A stretch of DNA of 64,000 nt from positions 1 through 64,000 of IMG/VR virus record IMGVR_UViG_3300032092_000004, one strand, 5' to 3'. The DNA comes from a virus. The notes under the pieces are model-generated. The model searched no databases. It was not told the DNA's origin and was given only the letters and a program-made list of their open reading frames with translations. Made by a program: the position numbers and the translations under genes. Shown in pieces: positions 28,504 through 38,700 of this stretch. Numbering within the stretch: position 1 is the first letter of the stretch; each line of letters begins with the position of its first letter.

Positions 28504-29886
28504 ATGGCGACAGGTAAAAATTTTGAGTATTTAGGTAATACGTTTCAGTTACAATTACTTAATCAAATCATTGTGGATAAAGACTTTTCACATTCAATTA
28601 TTGATGTGATAGAGAATAATTATTTTGAAAACAAATACTTCAAAATCATCATTCAAATGATTAGAGAGTATTATGTTAAATATGACCACACACCTTCGTT
28701 TGATACGTTAGAACAAATTACAAAATCTGAATTACAACAAGAAATTGCGTCCAAAATTGTTATGGACACAATTAAGAAAATTAAAGATGCACCTATCGAT
28801 GGCGTGAGTTTTGTACAGGAAAAGGCTTTAAAGTTCTGTAAACAACAAGAACTACAAAAGGTTATGGGTAAGGCTCAAAAGATCATCGATGGTGGTGAGT
28901 TTGAGAACTACGATACCCTTGAAGAAATGGTTAAAACCGCTCTTCAGGTTGGGGCAAAAGACACATCCATGTTAGATGTGTTTTCTAACCTTGACCAAGT
29001 TCTTGAAGACGATTATAGACACCCAATTCCTATGGGAATACCAGGTATCGATAGATTGTTGAAGGGAGGTTTGGCAAAAGGAGAAATTGGTGTTATCTTA
29101 GCACCAACAGGTGTAGGTAAATCAACCATTTTAACTAAGATGGCAAACCACGCATTTAACTTAGGGTTTAATGTTCTTCAGATATTTTTTGAGGACAACC
29201 CAAAGGTAATCCAAAGAAAACACTTCACTTTATGGACTAAAATCCATCCTGACGATTTGTCAGAAAAAAGAGAAGAAGTGGTTACTAAAGTTAGAGAAAT
29301 TGAGGAATCAATGCCAAACAAATTGATTATGAAAAAGTTACCATCCGATACTATGACGATGTTACAAATCAAAAATCAAATTAGAAAGATGGTATCTGAT
29401 GGGATTAAAGTCGATATGATTGTTTTAGATTATATTGATTGTATTGTCCCTGATAAAAATTTGGGTGATGAATGGAAGAGTGAAGGGTCAGTGATGAGAG
29501 CTTTTGAAGCGATGTGTCACGAAATGAATATCGTAGGTTGGACCGCAACTCAAGGTAACAGATCTTCGATATCTTCCGAAGTTGTTACAACAGATCAAAT
29601 GGGTGGATCAATTAAAAAGGCTCAAGTGGGTCACGTTATTATATCAGTTGCAAAGACACTACAACAAAAAGAAATGAAATTGGCAACAATTGCGATTACA
29701 AAATCACGTATCGGTGATGATGGTGTTGTATTTGAAAACTGTAAGTTTGATAACGCTATGATTGAGATAGATACTGAAAGCTCAATGACGTTCTTAGGTC
29801 TTGAAGAACAAAAAGAAGAAAGACAAAGACAAAGAGTCAAAGAACTCTTAGAAAAGAGGAAACAAAGAGAAACACAATCAAATTAA
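28504..29886 (+). CDS. dnaB: Replicative DnaB / T4 gp41-like helicase
   Basis: [21 protein letters not shown] (Walker A), IVLDYID (Walker B), [11 protein letters not shown]. Confidence 0.93.
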   Translation: MATGKNFEYLGNTFQLQLLNQIIVDKDFSHSIIDVIENNYFENKYFKIIIQMIREYYVKYDHTPSFDTLEQITKSELQQEIASKIVMDTIKKIKDAPIDGVSFVQEKALKFCKQQELQKVMGKAQKIIDGGEFENYDTLEEMVKTALQVGAKDTSMLDVFSNLDQVLEDDYRHPIPMGIPGIDRLLKGGLAKGEIGVILAPTGVGKSTILTKMANHAFNLGFNVLQIFFEDNPKVIQRKHFTLWTKIHPDDLSEKREEVVTKVREIEESMPNKLIMKKLPSDTMTMLQIKNQIRKMVSDGIKVDMIVLDYIDCIVPDKNLGDEWKSEGSVMRAFEAMCHEMNIVGWTATQGNRSSISSEVVTTDQMGGSIKKAQVGHVIISVAKTLQQKEMKLATIAITKSRIGDDGVVFENCKFDNAMIEIDTESSMTFLGLEEQKEERQRQRVKELLEKRKQRETQSN

Positions 29887-29908
29887 CAAAACAAGTAAAT
29901 TTATAAAA

Positions 29909-30856
29909 ATGGAAAAAATACTAGTAGAAAACCCTAATCGGTTCGTCATCTTCCCTATCGAACACAATGATATATGGGAATTTTACAAACAACACCAAGC
30001 GGCCTTTTGGACGGCAGAAGAGGTGGATTTAACTAATGACATCAGAGATTGGGAAAATTTAACTGATAACGAAAAATACTTTATCAAAAACGTATTGTCA
30101 TTTTTCGCGGCTTCTGACGGCATTGTAAACGAAAACTTGGCGGAAAATTTCTACCGAGAAGTACAATACCCTGAGGCTAAATTCTTTTACGGATTCCAAT
30201 TAGCAATGGAAAACATTCACTCATTAATGTATTCGTTGTTGATCGATACGTACATTAATAACCCAAAAGAAAAAGATGAATGTTTTAATGCAATTGATAG
30301 ACTACCCGCAGTTCAGAAAAAAGCTAAATGGGCTTTGGAATGGATTGAAAAGGCATCATTCGCAGAACGATTAGTTGCGTTTGCCGCTGTTGAAGGTATC
30401 TTTTTCTCAGGTTCATTCTGTTCTATTTTTTGGATGAAATCAAGAGGAATTATGCAAGGTTTGTGTAATGCTAACTCTTTGATTTTTAAAGATGAAAATT
30501 TACATTGTGACTTTGCAATTCACTTATTAAATAATCATTTAGAGGATAAACCTTCTGAAAAAAGAATTAAAGAGATTTTACTTTCGGCTTTAGAAATTGA
30601 AAAAGAGTTCATAACAGAATCACTACCAGTTTCTTTAATCGGAATGAATTCAAACCTAATGAAACAATATCTTGAATTTGTAGTTGACGGACTACTTGTT
30701 AAGATGGGTTGTGGTAAGGAATTCAATGTAGAACAACCATTTAAGTTTATGGAGCAAATTGCTGTTGAAACTAAAGGTAATTTCTTTGAATCACGAACTA
30801 TGGAGTATCAGAAGGCAAAATTGAATGAAACCATAACATTTACAGACGACTTTTAA
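29909..30856 (+). CDS. nrdB: Ribonucleotide reductase class Ia beta subunit
   Basis: [49 protein letters not shown]. Confidence 0.97.
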   Translation: MEKILVENPNRFVIFPIEHNDIWEFYKQHQAAFWTAEEVDLTNDIRDWENLTDNEKYFIKNVLSFFAASDGIVNENLAENFYREVQYPEAKFFYGFQLAMENIHSLMYSLLIDTYINNPKEKDECFNAIDRLPAVQKKAKWALEWIEKASFAERLVAFAAVEGIFFSGSFCSIFWMKSRGIMQGLCNANSLIFKDENLHCDFAIHLLNNHLEDKPSEKRIKEILLSALEIEKEFITESLPVSLIGMNSNLMKQYLEFVVDGLLVKMGCGKEFNVEQPFKFMEQIAVETKGNFFESRTMEYQKAKLNETITFTDDF

Positions 30857-30866
30857 TTTTTAGAAT

Positions 30867-33296
30867 ATGTCATTAAAAATAAATAAACGAGGAGGAGATA
30901 ATGTATCATTTAATCCTCAAAAAATTTACAACAGAGTTAAGAGAGCCTCAAAAGGTTTGAATGTTAATTCTGATGAAATTTTCATTAAAGTAATTACTTC
31001 TGTACCTACAGAAGGTGAGGTAACAACAAAAGAACTTGATAAATTAGTTTATGAGATTGCAGCTTCTTACACAGGTAGTCATCATGATTACTCAAGATTA
31101 GCAGCAAGTGTTGCAATTTCTTCATATCACAAAGAAACTAATGAAAGTTTTTCACAAACAATGATGCAACTTTATGAAGATGGAATCATCAACGAAAAAT
31201 TGATCGAGACCATTAAAGAATATGGTGAAGATACTATTGACGCGGCTATTAATCATGAAAATGATTATAACTTTGATTACTTCGCTTGGAGATCATTACA
31301 AGAAATGTATTTGTTGAAAAGACCAAATGGTAAAGTAGTTGAAAGACCACAACATATGTATATGAGAGTTTCTCTTTGGGCTACTAACAATATGGCAGAT
31401 GCATTTGAGTACTACAAATCATTATCAAATCAACTGATTTCAAAGGCAACACCAATCATGATTAATGCAGGGACAAAAGTTCCACAATTAGCATCATGTG
31501 TGCTTCACTATAACAACTCCGACTCAAGAAAAGGTTTATTAGACACATTAACCGACATCTCAACTTTCTCTTCTGATGCTGCTGGTATTGGATTATCTAT
31601 GTCTAATATTAGAAGTAAAGAAAGTAGAATCTCAAGTTCAGGTGGTTATGCTGGTGGTCTTTTGAAGTACTTAAAAATTGTTAACGAATCACTAAGATTT
31701 TTTAACCAACAAGGTCGTAGACCTGGTAGCGCGGCTATCTATCTTGAGCCTTGGCATAAAGACATCTTTGATCTTTTAGATATCAAAAAGAACACAGGTG
31801 CCGAAGAACTAAGAGCTCGTGACTTATTTACAGCACTTTGGATTCCTGATAATTTTATGAGGGCGGTTAAAAATAATGGTAGTTGGTATTTATTCTGTCC
31901 TAATGATATCACTAAAGCCGGTTTAAAACCACTACAAGAATGTTTTGGTGATGAATATGAAGAGGTTTACAATAAAGCGGTTTCTATGGGATTAGGTAAA
32001 AAAGTAAAAGCCCAAGACATTTGGAGTAAAGTTGTTGAATCTCAAATTGAAACGGGTGTTCCTTACTTATGTTCTAAAGATAACGCAAATAGAAAAACTA
32101 ACCACCAAAATATTGGGGTGATTAAACAATCTAACTTGTGTAACGAGATCTATCAATATACAGATGAAGAAACTACAGCAATATGTACATTATCATCTAT
32201 GGTATTGAAAAACTTTATTCAAGGGGGTAAATTTGATTTTGAACTTTTATTTAATGAGGTTAGAAAGGTTGTTAGGTCACTTAATAAAGTTGTTGATATT
32301 AATAACTACTCAACTGAAAAAGGTAGAAAAGGTGGTTTAGCACAAAGAGCAATTGCAATTGGAACTCAAGGTTTGGCTGACGTATTTTATCTAATGGATT
32401 ATATCTTCACATCTGACGAGGCTAAAAAATTAAATAAAGATATTTTTGAAACAATCTATTATGCATCAATCTATGAAAGTAATCAGTTGTGTATAGACGG
32501 TAAATACGAACCTTACTCATTCTTCAACGGCTCACCAATGTCCAAAGGAGTATTCCAATTTGATATGTGGGGATTAGACGAAACTCAACTTTCAGGAATG
32601 TGGGATTGGAACAAACTTAAAAATAGTGTTTCACAATATGGTGTATGTAATTCATTATTTACAGCACAAATGCCTGTGGCATCTTCAGCTAAGATTACAG
32701 GATCATATGAAATGACAGAACCAGCTCACTCGGCTATTTTTAACAGAAGAGTTGTTGGTGGGGAAATCATGATTGTTAACAAATACTTAATTAATGATTT
32801 TGAAAAGATTGGAATTTGGTCTGAAGATTTGAAAAATGAAATTATTATAAATGAAGGATCAATCCAAAATATTAATTTCAATAACTATTTGGATAGTGAA
32901 GATAAAAATTACAATAAGAAAGTTAAAAGAATTGAGCATTTAATTCCTAAATATAAAACTATTTGGGAGATCTCACAAAGAGAACTTATTGATATGGCGG
33001 CAGATAGAGCACCATTTATTGATCAATCACAATCAATGAATATCTATATGGCGAACCCAACTTTATCTAAAATTACATCATCACATTTCCACTCTTGGGA
33101 AAAAGGTTTAAAAACTCTTTGTTACTATGTAAGAACAAAAGCAATCTCAACAGGTGCAAAACATTTAGCGTTAGATATGTCAAAACGTGAAAAACCTAAA
33201 GTGACTCCTGAACCACCAAAAGTTGACTACTCTAACTTGAATTTACCACCAAGACCTGAGAATTCTGATTTCGAATGTTTTGGATGTTCATCCTAA
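30867..33296 (+). CDS. nrdA: Ribonucleotide reductase class Ia alpha subunit with ATP-cone
   Basis: N-terminal ATP-cone, ERPQHMYMRV, ATP...QLASC, SNLCNEI, AQMPVASS, DQSQSMN, GLKTLCYY, C-terminal ECFGCSS. Confidence 0.97.
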   Translation: MSLKINKRGGDNVSFNPQKIYNRVKRASKGLNVNSDEIFIKVITSVPTEGEVTTKELDKLVYEIAASYTGSHHDYSRLAASVAISSYHKETNESFSQTMMQLYEDGIINEKLIETIKEYGEDTIDAAINHENDYNFDYFAWRSLQEMYLLKRPNGKVVERPQHMYMRVSLWATNNMADAFEYYKSLSNQLISKATPIMINAGTKVPQLASCVLHYNNSDSRKGLLDTLTDISTFSSDAAGIGLSMSNIRSKESRISSSGGYAGGLLKYLKIVNESLRFFNQQGRRPGSAAIYLEPWHKDIFDLLDIKKNTGAEELRARDLFTALWIPDNFMRAVKNNGSWYLFCPNDITKAGLKPLQECFGDEYEEVYNKAVSMGLGKKVKAQDIWSKVVESQIETGVPYLCSKDNANRKTNHQNIGVIKQSNLCNEIYQYTDEETTAICTLSSMVLKNFIQGGKFDFELLFNEVRKVVRSLNKVVDINNYSTEKGRKGGLAQRAIAIGTQGLADVFYLMDYIFTSDEAKKLNKDIFETIYYASIYESNQLCIDGKYEPYSFFNGSPMSKGVFQFDMWGLDETQLSGMWDWNKLKNSVSQYGVCNSLFTAQMPVASSAKITGSYEMTEPAHSAIFNRRVVGGEIMIVNKYLINDFEKIGIWSEDLKNEIIINEGSIQNINFNNYLDSEDKNYNKKVKRIEHLIPKYKTIWEISQRELIDMAADRAPFIDQSQSMNIYMANPTLSKITSSHFHSWEKGLKTLCYYVRTKAISTGAKHLALDMSKREKPKVTPEPPKVDYSNLNLPPRPENSDFECFGCSS

Positions 33297-33303
33297 AATT
33301 AAG

Positions 33304-33333
33304 AATCACTACTTCGGTAGTGATTTTTTTTTT
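33304..33333 (+). terminator. Intrinsic terminator with cUUCGg tetraloop
   Basis: AATCACTAC-TTCG-GTAGTGATT followed by a T run. Confidence 0.9.
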
Positions 33334-33368
33334 ACTTAAAAATTCTATAACTTATATTTATATATGAT

Positions 33369-33827
33369 ATGGCAAATGGTATTACATACGGTATAGGGTT
33401 TCCCTTCGTTGATTCGTTTACAGGTAGATATTTAGATGTTACTGAAACTACTGAAGCTGAGATTAGAGGTAATCTAGTACACCTACTTTTAACAAGAAGG
33501 GGTAGTAGATATTTTTTACCTGATTTTGGGACAAGATTATATGAGTACATATTTGAACCACTTGATGGTCCTACGTTTTCAGATATTGAGGCGGAGATAA
33601 GGGACACCATTAGAACATTTATGCCAAACTTACAAGTAACAAATATTGTTGTTGAACCAGCATCTGCAGGACTTGAAGATAAAGGTTTTACTGTAAATGA
33701 ATATGGTGAACGAGAATTTAAAGTTACAAACATTGCCAATTTAGAACATACGGCAAGAATCAAAATTGACTATAAAATCACTGATTCGGCATTCGAATCA
33801 CAAGATTTTGTTATATTAAATATTTAA
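33369..33827 (+). CDS. Baseplate wedge subunit (T4 gp25-like)
   Basis: YGIGFPF...IRGNLVHLLLTRRGSRYFLPDFGTRLYEYIFEP. Confidence 0.92.
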   Translation: MANGITYGIGFPFVDSFTGRYLDVTETTEAEIRGNLVHLLLTRRGSRYFLPDFGTRLYEYIFEPLDGPTFSDIEAEIRDTIRTFMPNLQVTNIVVEPASAGLEDKGFTVNEYGEREFKVTNIANLEHTARIKIDYKITDSAFESQDFVILNI

Positions 33828-33833
33828 TGATAT

Positions 33834-35675
33834 ATGGCTGAAAAAAAGATATCCTATACGGTCCGAGATTTTCAAGGAGTAAGATCTGAGTTAATAAATT
33901 TCACAAGAACTTACTATCCTGATTTAGTTCAGAACTTTAACGATGCTGGTATTTTTTCAGTTATGTTAGATCTTAACGCTGCGGTAACTGATAACTTAAA
34001 TTATCAAATTGACAGAAGTATCCAAGAAACTGTATTACAATTTGCTCAGCAAAAAAACTCAGTTTATAACATTGCAAGAACATACGGTCTTAAAGTACCA
34101 GGTCAAAGACCATCAGTTGCTTTAGTTGATTTTTCAATAACTGTTCCTGCTTTTGGGGATAGAGAAGATATAAGATATTGTGGTATCTTAAGAAGAGGAT
34201 CTTTGGTTAATGGTGCAGGACAACCTTTTGAAACTGTTTATGACATTGATTTTGCATCACCAATTAACGCTGAAGGATCACCAAACAGATTAAAAATACC
34301 AAACTTTGATTCAAGTGGTAAGTTAATAAATTATACTATTGTTAAAAGGGAAGTTGTCGTAAACGGTGTTACAAAAGTGTTTAAAAGAACAATTACAGCT
34401 AATGATGTAAAACCATATTTAGAATTATTCCTTCCTGAAAAAAATATATTAGGAATAACTAGCGTTTTATTAAAACCTGGAACACAATACTCTACAGTCC
34501 CAAACCCACAAGATTTTTTAAGTTTAGGGCCTGAAAGATGGTATGAAGTTGATGCGTTAGTTCAGGATAGAATTTTTGTTGAAGACCCAACTAAAGTTTC
34601 AGATCAACCTGGGATTAAAGTTGGAAGATACATCACAACATCAAATAAATTTATTTCTGAATACACACCACAAGGTTTTTGTAAAATGACTTTTGGTGGT
34701 GGTAACATTTCAGCCGAAGAACAATTAAGAGAATTTGCTCGTGACGGGAAAGGATTTGATTTAAGTAGATATACTAACAATTATGCGATGGGTGCGGCAT
34801 TAACACCAAACACAACTTTATTCGTTCAATATAGAATAGGTGGTGGTTTGGCTAGTAATGTTGGTCTTAATACGATCAATCAAATTGGTACAGTTTCATT
34901 CGCAGTTAATGGACCTTCTGATTCTGTTAATAGAAGTGTTATTAATAGTCTTCAGTGTAATAACGTAACTGCGGCAATTGGTGGGGCTAATTTACCAACA
35001 ACGGAAGACGTTAGAAACATGGTTTCATTTAACTTTGCCGCTCAGAACAGAGCCGTAACAGTTAATGACTACAATTCATTAATAAGAACAATGCCATCTC
35101 AATACGGAGCACCTGCAAAAGTTGCGATTACTGAAGAAAATAATAAAATTAGAATTAAAATGTTGTCATACGATACAAATGGTAGTTTATCTAATGTTGT
35201 ATCGAATACTTTAAAACAAAACATTGCAAATTATTTATCTAACTTTAGAATGATAAATGATTATATTTCTGTTGAAGCGGCAGAAACTATCGATTTATCG
35301 GTTACCGTTGATGTGGTATTAGATAATAGTCAAAATCAAGGTGCAATCATTTCAAAAACAATCGAAATCATTAGTAATTTCTTCAATCCATTGGTTATAC
35401 AGTTAGGTCAAAACGTAAATATATCAGAACTTAGAAGATTAATACAAGCTGAAAATGGGATAGTTAGTATCTCTAATGTTTCTTTCTTCAACCAAGTGGG
35501 AGGTCAATATTCTTCGGCACAAACTTCTATGCCTTATTCAGATCCTGTAACAAGACAAATACAACCTACGGCAGATACTCTTTTCGCAACTCCAACACAA
35601 ATCTATCAAATTAGATTCCCAAGCAAAGACATTAATGTGAGAGTATTGAACTTGAAATCCGTTAATTTCTCATAG
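33834..35675 (+). CDS. Baseplate wedge subunit (T4 gp6 / baseplate J-like)
   Basis: RDFQGVRSELINF, QETVLQFAQ...IARTYG, MTFGGG, YRIGGGLASN, AQNRAVTVNDY. Confidence 0.92.
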   Translation: MAEKKISYTVRDFQGVRSELINFTRTYYPDLVQNFNDAGIFSVMLDLNAAVTDNLNYQIDRSIQETVLQFAQQKNSVYNIARTYGLKVPGQRPSVALVDFSITVPAFGDREDIRYCGILRRGSLVNGAGQPFETVYDIDFASPINAEGSPNRLKIPNFDSSGKLINYTIVKREVVVNGVTKVFKRTITANDVKPYLELFLPEKNILGITSVLLKPGTQYSTVPNPQDFLSLGPERWYEVDALVQDRIFVEDPTKVSDQPGIKVGRYITTSNKFISEYTPQGFCKMTFGGGNISAEEQLREFARDGKGFDLSRYTNNYAMGAALTPNTTLFVQYRIGGGLASNVGLNTINQIGTVSFAVNGPSDSVNRSVINSLQCNNVTAAIGGANLPTTEDVRNMVSFNFAAQNRAVTVNDYNSLIRTMPSQYGAPAKVAITEENNKIRIKMLSYDTNGSLSNVVSNTLKQNIANYLSNFRMINDYISVEAAETIDLSVTVDVVLDNSQNQGAIISKTIEIISNFFNPLVIQLGQNVNISELRRLIQAENGIVSISNVSFFNQVGGQYSSAQTSMPYSDPVTRQIQPTADTLFATPTQIYQIRFPSKDINVRVLNLKSVNFS

Positions 35676-35753
35676 GGATTTATTTTTTTTCAAAAGGGAC
35701 TATTTTTCTATGAAAATAGGAAATAAACTATTTATGAAAAAACGATTTTTTTA

Positions 35754-38700
35754 ATGCCAAAATCATACAGAATAAGAACCGAAGTTGGTGTTGACAAGTA
35801 CATCAATGTAAATTTAGAACAAGATTGGGAGTCTTTAGAAGTACTCTCACTGAAAATACTTGCGAATGATGTTTATACAAGAATGTGTGCCGATTACGGA
35901 GTTGTGGTTGGTAGAGTTTTTGTTAATAATGGTTTTGGTTTACCAAATGCTAGGGTTTCTGTTTTTATTCCTCTTGATGACGCAGATGAATTAAACCCTG
36001 TAATATCAGAATTATATCCATATAAAACAATTACCGATACTAACGAAGATGGTTATAGATATAATTTACTTCCTAAGTTACCATCATATAGAGGACATCA
36101 ATCTACAGGATCATTTCCAAATGTATCAGATGTTTTGATGGACGATTCATACATTGAAGTGTATGATAAGTATTATAGATTCACCGTTAAAACTAACGAG
36201 AGTGGTGACTTTATGATTTTTGGTGTTCCTGTTGGAAACCAAACTATTGTTATGGATGTTGACCTTTCAGATATCGGATGTTTTTCATTATCACCACAAG
36301 ATTTAATACAACAAGGTTTGGCGACTGAATCTCAAGTTAATGGGTCGACATTTAAATCCTCAACAAATTTAAGAGAACTCCCACAAATTAAAAATTTAGT
36401 TTTTGACGTTGATGTATCTCCTTTTTGGGGTGATCCTGATTTATGTCAAGTTGCAATAACAAGAGTTGATTTTGATTTAACAAAGTTAGCGAATATTAAT
36501 ATACAACCGACCTCAATTTTTATGGGGTCAATTATATCTACAACTGATGATGATGCTTTAAAAGTAAGTTGTAAACCAAAAAATAATACAGGAAATCTTT
36601 GTGAAATAGTTGCAGGACCTGGTGAAATTTTGTCTATTAGACACACAATTAATTCTGATGATCAAGGATTACCAATTCTTGAACAATATCAAATAGAAGA
36701 AGAAGGAAAAGTAATTGACCAAGATGGTACATATCTATTGAACGTACCTATGAATTTGGATTATGTTTTTACAAATGAATTTGGTCAACAGGTGTTATCT
36801 GATGATCCATCAAAAGGTATCCCAACAAAAGGTAGATATAGATTTAAATTTAAATGGCAAAACGAACAAGGACTACAAGGTAGTTTCCAAAGAGCGAACT
36901 TCTTAGTTCCAAACGTTAGAGAATATGGATGGTCAAGTTATTTGACAGATCCATTAACAACTTCTTCACCCTCAACGTACACTTATAATTTAGGTGTTGG
37001 TGTTGTAACAGGATCTACACTTGTTTTTGCAACAGCACAAGGTTTGGCAGAACCAACAACCACAAATGTTCAGTCTTATATAATTTATTTAAATGGACAA
37101 CCATATACGGGAACTTTAAATGCGATTGAGATAACGCCAGGAACATCAATACAAATTATTGCAAATCCAGTTGACCCATCTCAACCACAGGTAATAACAT
37201 TTAAACAATACCCACAGGCGTTATTTGATCTTTATAGATCATACGCATTTAGTACTGATTGGGATGACTATGTGAACAAACAAGATGCTATTGATTGTGA
37301 GGATACTTTCTACGAATTCCAATATAATAAAGTCTATACAACGGCAATGTTCTTGGATAGATATAAAAATGGAATTGGAAGGGCAAAACACTTAGGTATA
37401 AAGGAAATTGATAATAGAACTTGTAAGTCAACCGTTAACACTTTTCCCGTTAATGATATTATAAAAAACTTTGACCCAATCTTTTTTGTATTCAATGTAC
37501 TTGTTAATATCTTAACATTCCCAATTTTGGTATTGTTGTTTGTTGCCCATTTAATTGCGTTATTATGGCCTGTCTTAAAATACTTGTTATTATTCTTGGG
37601 ACCATATATTGTGTATCAGGGTGTTTCTGCGGGGATAGATTTAGTTTATTATATTACCAGTCTTGGTGATTTTGCACCATTAGGAGGACCTGTAATCTCA
37701 ATTGGTACTATTTTACAAATTATCGCTCAAGGACTAAAAGTTATAGTCCAAGTTGCTGCTGGTTTGGCATTTACATATTTTTATACAAAATTTTTAATTG
37801 AAAATACTCAAAATGGTAGAATAGACAATTTCCCAAGAATTGGTTTACCTATGATCGCATATCCTGATTGTACAAGTTGTGATTGTGATTGTGGGACCGC
37901 AAGTATAGATGATGATTTTGATGCAAATACTTTAGCTCAAGAACAACAAACCATACAAAATGGTCTACAGGATCCTGATAGTGGTTTAGGTTATGATGTT
38001 ACATTGGCACAACCAAACAGTATAATTGCGCCCGTTAATTCTGCAGGGTCTTACGATATTAATCATCCTAATTTTGAAAACGATGCAAATGGGGATGACC
38101 CATTTCAATGTGGAAATACAGGAGGATATAAAACTTTTCAGTCATTATTAGGGCAAAACGATATTGATACTGCAGTTGCGGTAAAGGCATCGATAGACTT
38201 TAAAAGAATAATTTCAGGTTATGATGTAATATCATCAACAGACCCAAATAAGTTATACAATAATGAATTGTATTTATTACATGCCCCTCAACCATTTTTA
38301 TGGTCTGCTAACAAACAAGGTCTAGGTGTTGCAGATGAAAGATACTTTGCTTACCCAACAACAACTACATTCCCACAACAATTAAATCAATTTAATACTA
38401 GAGATAAATATTTTTCGGGTGTAAATCAAATTAAAACCACTGTTAACCCAACTTCAGGATCAACACCATTTTTTGATCAAGTTGTTGTTGTTTTAATGAA
38501 CTCAGGTACTGCGGCTTCTATTACACCTGGAGGACTTTGTTCATTCCAAGACCCGAACTATATGGATTCAGGTTCTCAGTTTAGAATGAGAAACCTTACG
38601 GGGGCAACTCTTAATCAATTTAGTAATAATGCAATTACAGGTTTAACAACTACAGGTGTTACAACATACACTGTTAACTATGCTAACCCAACCAATCCAA

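Noticed and set aside
25970-33296. Inteins or group I introns in RecA, helicase or RNR
   Set aside because: Protein lengths are normal, motifs are contiguous, and no splice or homing-endonuclease motifs were seen.
29909-33296. Eukaryotic giant-virus (NCLDV) origin suggested by the RNR type and Cys/PT-rich proteins
   Set aside because: The contractile tail genes, intrinsic terminators, overlapping operonic genes and -35/-10 promoters indicate a bacteriophage.
68-35675. Bacterial eCIS, tailocin or T6SS locus
   Set aside because: The tail genes are interleaved with phage replication genes (gp32-like SSB, UvsX, gp41-like helicase, RNR), and no bacterial housekeeping context is present.
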